A stretch of DNA of 64,000 nt from Eledone cirrhosa (Eukaryota). The notes under the pieces are model-generated. The model was given only the letters and a program-made list of their open reading frames with translations, had not been told where the DNA came from and did no database searches. The translations under genes were made by a program, and so were the position numbers. The stretch spans positions 247,938,001 through 248,002,000 of the forward strand of contig OZ024740.1 in the NCBI GenBank assembly GCA_964016885.1, written 5' to 3'. This document shows positions 36,886 to 49,449 of this stretch, one piece after another (the stretch's first letter is position 1; each line of letters begins with the position of its first letter).

Positions 36886-37557
36886 CACAGTTTGTATAAT
36901 GAGCTTCTACCTAGTCTCTGTTCAAGTTTTATTGGTAAAGTGTAGTCCTGGACTAGGCAGAGACAAGATGTAAGTGGATCGTTAACAAGGCAGAAGCAAC
37001 ATGTAACTGGGTTTTCAGCTATAGATTCAATGTGACTGAAAAATCAGATTTATGAACCACACCTAGTTATTTAGATGACTATCTGTGAGCTATAGAACTG
37101 GTCAATCAGAGCTGACCTTGGGATATTCAACAACAATCCAAATTTTATACACATGGTTTGGATCAACCTAAGGCTATAGTAGAAGGCACATCCCTCTCTC
37201 CCCAAGGTACCTCATAAATGAAAAGTGAGCTTCTTGTGCCATACACTCTCTCCCTCTATATCTCTCTCTCTAGGCTTCAGTTCAATATATTGTTTGTAGA
37301 TATTAAAAATAAAAATCATACAATCTTTCTTTCTTTCATTCAAAAACGACATTTCATTTATACTTTTCTTTGTTAAACTGGATTTTCAATTTTCTTACAT
37401 CTTATACAAAAAAAAAACACATGTAAAATGTTTTATTTAACATTATATCTAACAAAAAGGAATGATTACAGGAAAGTGGATTTCATCTTTCACCCGCTCT
37501 CCTCTCTCTCTCCCGCCGTCTTCCCTTTTCACACTATGTCCCACATGCCGGACATTA

Positions 37558-37728
37558 TCAAAACTTCCAGCTGTCATATGTGGCTGTCCATGAAACAGAA
37601 GTGACCCACTTGGGTAGTTGCTTCTCCAATGCAGACATTTCTGGGGTTTCCTTCAGCCCACCGTGCATGTAGTGACCAGCAAATGCTATATCTGTGACTG
37701 TTGCAGAAATAGGCCAATTTTCTGGAAC
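37558..37728 (-). CDS. ERMP1: ERMP1-like ER metallopeptidase, terminal coding exon
   Basis: Poly-T tract + TAG acceptor, then VPENWPISATVTDIAFAGHYMHGGLKETPEMSALEKQLPKWVTSVSWTATYDSWKF-TGA; resembles the ERMP1 C-terminus (IAAHY..L..KFPDW..SAW..TYD..F). Phase 0 matches the upstream exon. Confidence 0.9.
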   Translation of the reverse strand, partial: VPENWPISATVTDIAFAGHYMHGGLKETPEMSALEKQLPKWVTSVSWTATYDSWKF

Positions 37729-39049
37729 CTACAAAAAAAAAAAAAAAAAAAAAAAAAAAACACAGAAAATGAGAGACAATTTACTATATAAAAGAAAACA
37801 AACAATTTCAAAAAGATGTTTTAATCTATCCTTAGTATTGAGTGGCACAATGAGAAATGCCCTAGTCTATGTTGTAAAATGGTTTGTGTTAAGAAAGGCA
37901 TCCAACTCTAAAAAGTACAGCGTTTAACGGGGACTCTTAAGTCTTGTTGAGGACAACCTCTCTAATGGTAGTAAATTAGCTGCATTGTTAGAACTTCGAG
38001 ATTAAATGCCTCTTGGTATTTGTTCTGGTTCCTTGCACTCTCAGTTCAAATCCTGTTGCAGTCAACTTTGTCGTTCATCCTATCAAGGTCAATAAAATAA
38101 ATTATCAAAGCAGGGTGGAGAATTGGCAAAAATGTTACAGCAGTGGCCTGTTTGATTTTGTTCCGAGTTTGCCTGTGACATCACTACTGTCAAACTATAT
38201 GAATACTTGCCTTTTGCTTGGACAACATAAGTGACATGAGGTGAGGGGAGACTTACATGCATAGGTGACATCTGATCTTCACTGCTCAGGCCTGCACCTT
38301 GAAAAGTAACTTTCCATGTTCAGATCCATGGTCACACAAGATATTTGAAGGCCTCAGAAAAAGTTGTTAAAAACTCTTCCTCAAGCCTAGAGACTCAGTA
38401 ACCCAGTGTTTATCTCTGTCTCATTAGTATTAAGCACTAGTCCATTGAAAGGTTAACCACCACCAGCTGCTGGCACACATTTCCAGCTGAGTTGATTGGA
38501 GAAACATGAAATGAAGTGATTCGCCCCACATTACACCACCTTATCCCGAAATCAATCCCATAAAATTTATTATCACTGGCGCCAACACCTTAACCACTAG
38601 GTCATGTGCCTTCACTATTGTGAGACCCATGGTCTCATAAGACATGAAGGCCTCAAATAAAAATGGGTGGCACAATAAGTTACCAGGTCCAAGCTCTAAT
38701 GTAGCTTGTGTTTGGAAGAGCAACTAGCTGTAAAAGCAATACCAAAAAGGAAGGAATATTCAGAAAACTTTTGATAAGTGACCAACAAATGCTATATCTG
38801 TGACTCTTGCATTGTCATGCTAATCTGGTTTTATTGTGGACAACCACTTTAGTGTCAGTAGTATAATTATAATGAAATGCACCTTAATCCATGCTGTAAC
38901 GTAGTTGATACTGGAAGGGGCATCCAACTGTGAAAGCCATGTCAAAATAACCATACACAGCAACAGAGTTCACCAATATTTCTGTTGCCTGCTGCCTACT
39001 CAGGGTATTTACCAACAGAACATTCTTGACACATATACACATACATATA

Positions 39050-40690
39050 TATCATCATTTCACATTCATTGTTCCATGCTTGCATGGTTGGACAGGTCCT
39101 TCTCAGTACAGCATCTCTCCACTTATCGTGATCCTTTGTCATCTCCTCAGTGAACTTCAGCAATCTGAGATCAGCTCTCACCACTTCCATCTAGTTCTTC
39201 CTTGGTCTACCTCAACTCCAGCTTCCTTCCACTAAGATTACTTGACACTTCTTCACTAGCAATCAGCATCCATGCACATCACATTCCCATACAAGTGCAG
39301 TCTCCTTTTCTGCACACTACTTATGATTCCTCTTAAACCCAGTTTCTCCCTCAGTTCATCCATCTCACACATTAACATTGCACATCCATCGAAACATACT
39401 TGCCATCTTTCTCTCAAGCCTTTGCATGTCCTCTACATTCACTGGCCATATCTCATATGCAGCATCGCAACCAACCTTTTATTGTTAGCAAGGGTAGAAG
39501 TTCCCTAAACTTCTTCCATCCTGTCCTTATTCTAGTTTCTATGCCCTCCGAGCACCCCCTCCACTGTTAATTATATCACCTAGGTAGTAGAAGTTATCAA
39601 CCACTTCTATGGATCCTTCTTGGGATTGGAAAACGTTTATATTATTTATTTTATTATAAGCACTTTTACGATCAATTGACGCTATCTATGACATATGAAG
39701 TCTTCCTTTCCTATTAGTCTACTTGTTAGCCAACTACAACTCTTGTGTACCCAAGATTTGCATTGTGTACCATATAGAGTTTATACCTACTGCTTTTCTA
39801 CATATCAAGCAAGGCAATTTCCCTTATGAAATCGGTGCCCTATCTTCTTTCCTACTTATTAACACTTTGGTTATTGCTAAATTCACTTTTAGGCCTTTTG
39901 ATTCTAAGTTCTGTTTCACAGCCAGAATTTATTCTCTAGTTCTTCCACAGATTCAGCTACGAGGACCAAATAATCAGAGAATTTCCCACTAAACTCACTT
40001 CCTATTCACACTTTACTTACAGCTCCTCTGTCAAAGTTTTTCTCTAGATAAAAAAAAAAGGTAGATATAGAGGCTTACTCTTAGCTAAGACCCTCTCTTG
40101 TAGTTGTCTCACTAAAAAGAGGACATTTGTGGTGCTCCTTCTTGGTATGAAACTGGATTGCATCTCATCTAATTTGACTCTTTCTCCAATTAGTTAAACT
40201 AGAATTCTTTCAGTCACTTTCATAACTTGATCCATTAGTTTTATTCCCATGTAGTTGTTCCTTTCTACAGCATCACCTTTTCCCTTTTAGCAATTAATGA
40301 TTGTACTGCTGCACCAGTCATTGGGTATGGCCCTGTCCTGTATTATCTGATTGACTGTGCAGGTGACTAGTTTAACTCCTATGTCCCCAGATGTTTTCAG
40401 CATCCCAGCAACTATCTCAGATGGTCCCATGGCTTTACCATTTTTCATCTCCTTGATTTATTCTTTGACCCTATATCTGTCAATTTAAATAATTGGTCAC
40501 TTTGTTGGTTAAGTTGGGGGTAGTCTTCCTTCCTCTCATTCATTCTTCACATTCATTAAGCTCTGATAGTAGCATTTCCAGGCATCTTTCTTTTGAATAT
40601 CAGTGATGTTAATTACACCAACGTCATTTTGAACACACTTTTCCAACAGTATCTCGATTCACACTAACACACTGTCATGCAATGTGGAAC
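39050..40690 (-). mobile_element. RTE-clade retrotransposon (PHD-insert family), decayed
   Basis: Minus strand: KNGKAMGPSEIVAGMLK, NC*KGKGDAVERNNYMGIKL, MQSSF, FYYLGD, LYGNVM; ends in a CAT/GAT tail near 39050. Confidence 0.8.
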
Positions 40691-40857
40691 ACCTCACACC
40701 TCTAAACCTCACATTGCATGAGATTAGCAAACCTCCTACTTTTAGGTTCTTATCGTGCTATGTATACCTGTTGTCTAGCCTCACTTTTAGCTACCAGGTA
40801 CCAGTCTTTCCATGCCAGTCTCTTGGCTTTAATGACAGGAATGGAATTAAATATTTC

Positions 40858-41251
40858 AAAGACAACAGAAGGCCAGATTCCAAATATTCTTTTAATGTTG
40901 CAAAATCACAAAATTTATTTCTATGGCTTGGTTACATCATCAGATTATGATGTAAGACTTCGGCAACATCATGAGTAAATTGCAAATAGTAGGTAATCAC
41001 TTACAGGTACAGGATTACAGCAAACATAAACAGAATAAATTTGAATTTGGTGGCAGTTCATCACAGCAATAACACCAAATGGTGGGCCATTTCTGAAACA
41101 AGTCTATTCTCTGTTTAGGTTGGCTGTAATCCTGTAATTAATTACCAAATTTTGGCAATTTACACCTGATGACATAACCAGGTCATAGAAATACATACTC
41201 TGATTTTGCAACATTAAAAGAATATTTGGAATCCAGCCTTCTGTTGTCTTT
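40858..41251. repeat. ~400-bp foldback (long imperfect inverted repeat)
   Basis: AAAGACAACAGAAGGCCAGATTCCAAATATTCTTTTAATGTTGCAAAATCA.. mirrored by ..TGATTTTGCAACATTAAAAGAATATTTGGAATCCAGCCTTCTGTTGTCTTT; inner blocks TACAGGATTACAGC / GCTGTAATCCTGTA also pair. Confidence 0.88.
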
Positions 41252-41699
41252 TAAACATACACACACACCTAGAGTGAGCATAAAGTCTTTTCCTGATTAT
41301 AAACCACAAAACTAACCCATGCTAGCGTGGAAGATGGACGTTAAACAAAGATGATGATGATGAAAACACACTGAGCTTTTTGTTTCATAGATGCCATTTT
41401 GTTACTGAAAATTACAACTACTTCCTATAGAAAAGAAAATGTAAAACATGATCAGAAAAACTTTCAGCTTGAAATTGTTGTTAGTGTATATTGGTTTGTT
41501 TTGTGTGTGGATTATTGGTATAGCTATTATTTCAGTCACTTCTAGTTAAATGTTTATTATTTTTTCTTTTATTGTTGTTCTATAATTTATAGAGTTATTG
41601 GACATATAAGCTGTCATATGATTAGCGTTACTTATTATCAGAAAAATAAAAAGAACAAACAAAAAATGAGCAAATTAAAATACTGCCAACAGCAACCCA

Positions 41700-43210
41700 C
41701 ACATTCAACAGCTATCACACTGCTCAAATCAAAAATATATAACCTCCAATAATGCATAAAGACCATCATCAATAACCAAAGAACAGCTGAGGAGAAATGG
41801 GCTATTGAGAAAATCAAACTCAATCCAAAAGTGTTTTTTTCATTTGTGAAAAAACACAAGGTCACTGTCACCACTGTTGGCCCTCTAATTGATGAAAATG
41901 GCACTCTCCAAGATAATGCTAAAACCATGGAGGAGATACTGCAGAAACAATACTGCTCTGTTCTCAGCAATCCTGATATGGCCGATCTGGGCTGTATCAG
42001 TGATGTTAATCCCTAGCACACTAAGTTGGACATAACGTTTGGCACCCCTGATGTCTTAGCAGCAATAAAAGAAACTAAACACAATTCTGCAGTAGGCCCT
42101 GATAGGTTCCCTGCTTGTGTCCTGAAGGTATATCGACATCAACTTGCATCTCCTCTTGCTAATCTGTGGAGGAACTCACTGGAAGTTGGTTATATACCTG
42201 AAAACTTTCTGTCCCAGTTTTCAAAAAGGGAAACAAGTCGCTTACAATGAATTACTGTCCAATCTCACTCACCTCTCATATCATTAAGGTATTTGAGAGG
42301 GTGGTGAGATCATGAATAATTCATTTTCTTGAAAGCAAAAATCTGCTGGACTCCAACCAATATGGGTTCCGAAATGGAAGGGACTGCCTAATGCAGCTCC
42401 TGCATAAATATGATGACATTTTAAGAGATTTGGGAGAGGGCTCCAACACTGATGTCATCTACCTTGATTTCAGCAAGGCCTTTGACAGAGTTAATCACAA
42501 CATTCTACTGGAAAAAAACCTATCAAACATTGGTGTCACTGGAAATTTACTGCAATAGATCAAGTGTTTCCTGACAAACAGACCCCAACATGTAGTGGAA
42601 GAAGTAAAATGCAGCCCAGCCAAAGTCAGTAGTAGTGTTCCACAAGGCGCTGTGTAGGGCCCACTTCTTTTCATATCTATATAAATGACATTACTGTCGT
42701 CATCAAGTACAGCAACATAAGAATCTTTGTAGAGGATTCTAAGCTCCAGAAGATCATCAATAAAGTGGGTGATTGGACATGCCTTCAATCAGAGCTACTT
42801 GCTGTTATCCAATGGGCAGAAAAGAACAATATACTGCTGAATCAGGATATATTTGAATTGATTCATTTTGGAAAAGAAGCTGCAGTGAAACTCCCATATT
42901 CCCTTTCTTCAGGTGAAACTCTCGCGGCATACAACTACATCAGAAACTTGGGAATAATTGTCGATAATAACATAAGTTGACATGGCCAGCAGAATGTGTT
43001 CCTGGATTCTCAGAACTTTCCAGTTGAGAGATATCTACACCTTTATCCTTCTCTTCTCTACTTTTGCCCGACCCCACCTTGAATACTGTTGTCCACTGTG
43101 GTCCCCCCACATGAAGCAAAGTATCATGAAAATTGAAGCACCTCGAAGGTCAATCACAAAAAAGCTAGATGGCATGACAGGCCTTGACTAGAAAAGCTCA
43201 AACTCTATTC
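41700..43210 (+). mobile_element. CR1-clade LINE RT region, decayed
   Basis: IKLNPKVFFSF, GPDRFPACVLK, NYCPISLTSHIIKVFER, DVIYLDFSKAFDRVNH, VPQG, RNLGIIVD, RPHLEYCCPLWSPH. Confidence 0.88.
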
Positions 43211-43370
43211 TTTTTTACTTTTTACAAAATAATTGATTTCCTGTATCATAATCCAATGAACTTTTGTTCAAAAATAATGAAGAAAGGTTTAATTTTGTTT
43301 ACTTTTCTTAAAATGTCACCCCCAACACAAAATTTCTAAAATCGTATATAGGTATAGTAGTACCATCACT

Positions 43371-43455
43371 TTCTGGAGCCTTCTAGGATTTTCTGGAACC
43401 TTCTAGAACTTTTTGGAACCTTCTAGAACTTTTTGGAGCCTTCTAGAACTTTCTG
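43371..43455. promoter_or_regulatory. Array of alternating nTTCn/nGAAn pentamers (heat-shock-element-like, 10/20-bp tandem repeat)
   Basis: TTCTGGAGCC TTCTAGGATT TTCTGGAACC TTCTAGAACT TTTTGGAACC TTCTAGAACT TTTTGGAGCC TTCTAGAACT TTCTG. The repeat is seen directly; HSF binding is inferred. Confidence 0.55.
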
Positions 43456-43669
43456 AAAATTAATGACATGCACAGTGAATAGCTGTGTAGTGAGAACAGA
43501 CGGTTATATCATCTTCAGATTGAAAGCAAAGGACATGTTGGATATTCAACTGAAAAGACTGCGAGTTCCAAATCTATTAATTCATCCAAAAGACAGTAAC
43601 AGTAACAACAATAACAACTTCATTTTCCGAATGAAAGACCGAATCAAAGAGTGAATAGTCCGAAAGTTT

Positions 43670-44700
43670 TGCAAAACCAAATTAGTAACATCTTCAAACT
43701 TATCAACCAGCAAAATAGCAAATGTTTGTCAGCAGTTATCTTAAGGGATTGATGTTGAGACACTGCCCCAATCTGGTATTTACAGATTTACTATTAAAGA
43801 AGCTGTTAAACTTAAAGAAGAAATGAAGAAAACACTGCACTTAGAAAATTGGTCAATGTGTTTTAATGCTAAGTGAATTGATGGCGAAGCATATCAAGTG
43901 CTCATTTAGAAGAATGAAAGAAGATAAGTTAAGTTAGAAGCATTAGGTCTACCAAATGGAAAAGTTTATACTGTTATCATAGGCATAACAGATGTTCTGG
44001 ATGAATACAATTTGTGGAAGAGCATAAAAATAATTGTTGCAGACACTGCAAATGTGAACACTGGGAGCAGGAATGGGATTTTCGTTCAGTTACAAAGACT
44101 ATTTGCTCAAAATAAACTGGAAAAGCTAAAATTCATTGGCTGTCAACATCATGTTCTTGACCGAGTGCTTTGCATAGTAATGGATGACGAACTTGGAGGA
44201 AAGAACACATCGCCCAATATAGAATATCTGTTTATCTGTGAACTTGTAAATAACTGTGAACAACTCAAGAAGAATTTCAAGAATAGTAAAGAAGAGATTA
44301 CTGAAACAGCAGGATGGCATGGTGATATGAAATTTCTATTCCATTTAACTTGAGTTTACTGCTTTTTTTTGAAGAAACTGGAAGTGAAGTTTCAAAAAAT
44401 ACCTAACTTGAACAATGCAAGATGGAATTGTAGAGCAATACTAGCTCTTTTGGATGTTACTCTTCTACCAGAGAAAAGAGACTTGTTATTGAAATTTGTA
44501 GGTTCATCTCTTACAGATGGGCAAACCATTTGTTTACTGACCAATTCCACAATGCAGATGATTATCAGAAGGTATGTAACACCTTAAAGGCTCACAAAAA
44601 GACATTAAACTCTGTGAGAATGTTGTGGAATCCAGAACCATCGATACTCAAAATTCGCAGAACAAATGAGTTTGCAGAATGGGCACTAATGTTTCTGGGT
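43670..44700 (+). mobile_element. hATm-like DNA transposase remnant
   Basis: LWKSIKIIVADTANVNTGSRNG..LQ..FIGCQHHVLDRVL, W.GDMKFL, I.N..NARWN.RAILAL, RTN..AE. The DT.xNTG and C.HH motifs are typical of hATm-type transposases; many stops. Confidence 0.65.
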
Positions 44701-44798
44701 ATTACCCTTCATCAGTGTAGTTCACTGTTCACCTACCAACTGTCAGAGCTAGTGAAAATATATGATATTTTCTAAAATATACAGTGACTGATCAGCCT

Positions 44799-45129
44799 GA
44801 TTTGCATATTAGCAGACTGGCTGATCAGTCAGATCTGCATATTAGCAGGGGCCCATTCTACTGACATGGTTTAAAAGAGGCTGTTTGCATAATTGCAAAC
44901 AAATCAAATATTATTATTAATATTCAAAAAACTCAGATTACATTTATTGTATTCAGCCATGTAGAATGATAATTTTTTAAATTATTTATTTGAATGTGAC
45001 AAAGCTGGCCATTGATCGCTCGTATACAGTAAACTGACTGGCCAGTCTGCTGATATGCAAATCTGGCTGATCAGTGGATGTGCTAATATGCAGATCTGAC
45101 TGATCAGCCAGTCTGCTAATATGCAAATC
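44799..45129. repeat. Inverted-repeat element with perfect 49-bp arms built of ~31-bp subunits
   Basis: GATTTGCATATTAGCAGACTGGCTGATCAGTCAGATCTGCATATTAGCA (44799-44847) is the exact reverse complement of 45081-45129. Confidence 0.88.
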
Positions 45130-47270
45130 TCCTATACTCCTCACGAGTAAGAATTGCTGCTACTCCATTTGCGGCCTCTTCAGCAACAGGCTTTTTGTCT
45201 GCATCAATAACTATTTCATATTCATTGGGTGGTGCAGATTCTAATGCATACTTGAAACTTATGATGTAGCTATTGTTTGCATTCAACATACCTTGCAGAT
45301 CAAAGATTAACTCTTCTTTCAGATTTGAAATGTTTACCTTGTAATTTGCCACAAAATATAACTGCAAAAACTGTCGATTTTTGCCTTCAGTTGGCAACAA
45401 AGATCAAATACAATGGTATACTTCACCTTGAACCTTAAAGTTTGGCTTGAAGTTCCTTTCTCTTATGATATTGCTACTAAAGGAGGTCATTTGGAAAGCA
45501 GAATTATAATTCCTAATGTTTTTCAAGAAGTCAATGCTCCTTGATGTTTTTCCCAAAAGCAACACCTTCAAATTATCTGGGGGTGTACCAAACGTCGGTA
45601 GAACAACCGTTCCTCCACCACAACACATAGTGATGGTTTCTCTTTCCCATTTCTTTCCTTTACAAAAATTGTATTCTTGTAACATTGCTCCAATATCAAT
45701 CAATTTCTCTGTACAATAATCATGCTTTGGATCATATTTGAAACTGATCTTTTCCAAGTCCCCTTGAAAGGTGCTCTCTTTTGTTTTACAGCAACTGTTT
45801 GCTCCTGGCTTTTTCTTTGTCTAGCCTATTGCTGACCTATTGTCTCATTGGCAACTCAGTTAGTCTTTGTCTTGCAACGTTTAAACGTTTTTCTATTTCC
45901 TCTTTTGTTTCTTGGCTTCTGCTGGTTGCATTTTGTTAACATAATTGTTAACCGTTTTTCTCTTTCCTCTTGAAACTCATTGGCGCTGCGTGCAGCAGCC
46001 CTCCTCTGGTCGTTTTCATGTCTTTGCTGTCATTGTGCAGGGGACTCTAGTACTCTTGCTCTGGCTACCTGTACTTGCCTTTGTTGCACTGTAGAATACT
46101 GTTCTTCTATATTTTCCCTCCTCTCTTCTTGCCTTTTTAGCAACATCTAAAGAGCTTGTGGAGAGTAGGACATTTTTCTCCTTGGCATCTTTTTTGAAAG
46201 CTAAAGTGGGCATTAAATGAGGAATGAGTGAAATTTTTGTGAATATCTTCGCCAGAGAGATCTAAGTCAATGGTGAAGCTTACCTCATTTAAGATATCCT
46301 TGTAGACAGAAGACTAGAATCATTGGAGCTCAGTGTGTTGTTGTGCATCACCTCATTTTGATAACAGCAAATAGCTCTGTGTCTTTTTGTGGTAAAATGT
46401 GTTTGTGTTGTAATTACTATCACCTAACTTTGCTTAACTTTCTAAGAGTGGTGTAAAACCACTTTATAAAAGCTAATGCAATGTGGATAAGCTCAAATGA
46501 CATTTCGATCTTAATATTGTGCTTTTATATTTGGAACACCAAAGAAGTATCACAGTAACACACACACATGCACACAGAAGCAAACATCTTCAAACAAATG
46601 TCTCCGTGAAAAAATTAGAAGTATAAATTCATGTTCGTTTGTTTTGGAATTACAAAGCGTAATTTTTCATAAGAGAGAGAAGAGAGAACACGCTCTCTTT
46701 CTTTTTTTATGCTAATACTTATTTACTTTCCTTCCCCATCTCTTCCCTCACTTCCATGATCACTGCTTCAATAGCGTAGTATTATCTCATACAGTTATAC
46801 ATGCACACACATACTCACACACAAGCACACATATCTTCACAGACGCACATATACATGCATACAGAAGCAAACATACAGCGTCTCTCTCATGCTATACCCT
46901 CACTCTTTGTGCGGGTTCTCTTTCAATTTCTTCTCCTCTGATACACACTTGTTCTCTATCTGTGTGTCTTTCTCTATTTTCTCTGTCTCTTTCAGTGTTT
47001 CTCTCTCTCACACACACACACACATTTTCTCTCACCCTCTGTAATTCTTTTTTTTAGTCTCAATGTCTATTTCTCTCTCACAATCACTTATACTTTACAT
47101 TTTCTTCCCTTTTCAAAATGCTTCAATGAGACGGCGAAGTTTTGATGTAAACAGCCACATCACACTTTGCCTTTCCATTATTTTCTCTTTATTCCCCCCT
47201 CTCACACATTCATTGGCATTGTGGAACAGTCACATAAATACACAGATATCTGCAAATATCATATATATAT
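45130..47270 (-). mobile_element. Helitron 5' portion with N-terminal RepHel remnant
   Basis: C..C..KKW..E...CCGGG.V.LP, FLKNIRNYNSAFQMTSF, FKVQGEVYH.I.SLLP, QFLQLYF, L.GMLNANNSYI.SFK, IVIDADKKP; microsatellite-rich 5' non-coding part. Confidence 0.85.
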
Positions 47271-47279
47271 ATATAAATT

Positions 47280-47757
47280 CCGACCTCACACACACCTCTC
47301 CAAGACAATGTCACTGGACCGAGAGCTTTGGCGCTACATAGTAATAGAGAAGACCTGCCTTACCTAAGTGCAAAGTGAAACCTACTACAGTCAGTAGGCA
47401 CCTCTAACAAAATACACCCCCGTCCCACTACCCTCACCCCATCCACACCACACCTTTCAATGTAAAGTTATGTTGGTACCACAACATCCAGCCCGAAACA
47501 AATGATGTCGTGTAGGTGTCACGACAAAAAAACACACAGTCCATGCTGTAATGTGGCCGTGTAGGCAACACGGTAAAAACCTCCCAGACCCACACTGTAA
47601 ATGTGGTTGGTGTTAGGAAGGGCATCCAGCCGTAGAAAACCCGCCAGACAGTCCTATGCGAGCAAGACAACCACTCTTGCCTCAAGTGTGAAAACTCCCG
47701 TCCAAACCCATGCAAGCGTGGAATATGGACATTAAACGATGATGATGATGATGATGA
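47280..47757 (+). mobile_element. RTE 3'-end fragment with (GAT)n tail
   Basis: Near-identical to 48945-49390 and homologous to the 3'UTRs at 33020-33450 and 60975-61393. Confidence 0.85.
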
Positions 47758-47794
47758 TATATATATATATGTGTGTGTGTGTATTTATATATGA

Positions 47795-48120
47795 AGGTGC
47801 ATGGCTTAGTGGTTAGAGCATCGGGCTTATAATCGTGAGGTTGTGAGTTCGATTCTCAGACTGGACTTTGCATTGTGTTCTTGAGCAAGACACTGTATTT
47901 CACATTGCTCCAGTTTAATCAGATGTAGAAATGAGTTACGACTTCACTGGTGCCAAGATGTATCGGCTTTTGCCTTTCCCTTGGACAACATCGGTGGCAT
48001 GAAGAGGGGAGACTGGTATGCATGGGCGACTGCTGGTCTTCCACAAACAGCCTTGCCCGGACTTGTGCCTTTGAGGGGAACTTTCTAGGTGCAAATCTCA
48101 TGGTCATTCGTGACTTTACC
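47795..48120 (+). mobile_element. tRNA-derived SINE
   Basis: A-box-like TGGCTTAGTGG and B-box-like GAGTTCGATTC, followed by TTGTGTTCTTGAGCAAGACAC body. Confidence 0.8.
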
Positions 48121-48757
48121 CTTTTTTAATGTATTTATAAGTTTTATATCGAATAATAATAATAATAATCAATTTGTTTGCAAGCAAACAGCCTCATTAC
48201 ACTAAGTTTTTTGATGACCATCAGCCATCCACGGTTAATGTGGTTTGCAGTAGGAAGGGCATCCAGCAGTTGTAAAAACCGAGCCGAAACCCAGACCCAC
48301 TATCAGCAAGGCATAGTGCAGCCAACTGGCGAGATCTCCCTCATAATGTCTGAGAGCGAGAAATCAAATTATAATTTTGTTATTAATATTTAGCAAAGCC
48401 AGCTGTAAAATCGCTCAGTATGCAAATGAGGCTAATCAGCCAATGTATACTTTTGAAAATATTAAATATATATTTTCAACAGTTTAAGGCAGTGGCAGAG
48501 AGGTACACAGTCTTGACAAATGGCAATAACCCAGAATTATGTTGGCTGTTCTTCGGTGCCATTGTTAGAATGAACGGATAATGGTGGTCATCAAAACCAT
48601 AGTGTAATGAGGCGGTTTGCTTGCAAAAAAATCAAATATTATTATTATTCAATATAAAACACATAAATGCATTCATGTAACCCACTATGTGAGGGCAAGA
48701 AATCAAATTCTAATTTTTTTTTTTTAAATATATATACGTATATATACAAATATAAAT

Positions 48758-48803
<46 letters not shown>

Positions 48804-48809
48804 TACTCG

Positions 48810-49390
48810 AGAGAAGACTACGTTGGTATGGTCACGTGATGCGCATGAAAGACGACAGCTGTATAAAAAAGTGCAGGGCAATAAAAATAGACGGTAGCCA
48901 CGGAGTAGGCAGACCCAGAAAAACCTGGGACGACTTGATAAATTCCAACCTCACACACTTACACCTCTCCAAGACAATGTCACTGGACCGAGACCTTTGT
49001 ACAAAGTGAAACCTACTACAGTCAGTAGGCACCTCTAACAAAATACACCCCCGTCCCACTACCCCCACCCCATCCACACCACCCCTTTCAATGTAAAGTT
49101 ATGTTGGTGTCACAACATCCAGCCCGAAACAAATGAGGTCGTGTAGGTGTCACGACAAAAAAACACACAGTTCACGCTGTAATGTGGCCGTGTAAGTAAC
49201 ACGGTAACAACCTCCTAGTTCCACACTGTAAATGTGGTTGGTGTTAGGAAGGGCATCCAGCTGTAGAAAACCCGCCAGACAGTCCTATGCGAGCAAGACA
49301 ACCACTCTTGCCTCAAGTGGGAAAACTCCCGTCCAAACCCATGCAAGCGTGGAATATGGACGTTAAACAATGATGATGATGATGATGATG
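48810..49390 (+). mobile_element. RTE 3'-end fragment
   Basis: REKTTLVW/RLRWYGHVMRMK..GRPRKTW-type C-terminus, 3'UTR and (GAT)n tail. Confidence 0.85.
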
Positions 49391-49449
49391 ATATATATAT
49401 ACACAGGGTTCCATCCTTTGTTCCCTCCTCTTCATTATTGTCCTACAGG

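Noticed and set aside
37432-37437. AATAAA (minus strand) as the ERMP1-like poly(A) signal
   Set aside because: Plausible, but the region is AT-rich with other candidates; it needs 3'-end data.
47795-47870. tRNA gene
   Set aside because: A and B boxes are present, but there is no complete cloverleaf and it continues into a SINE body.
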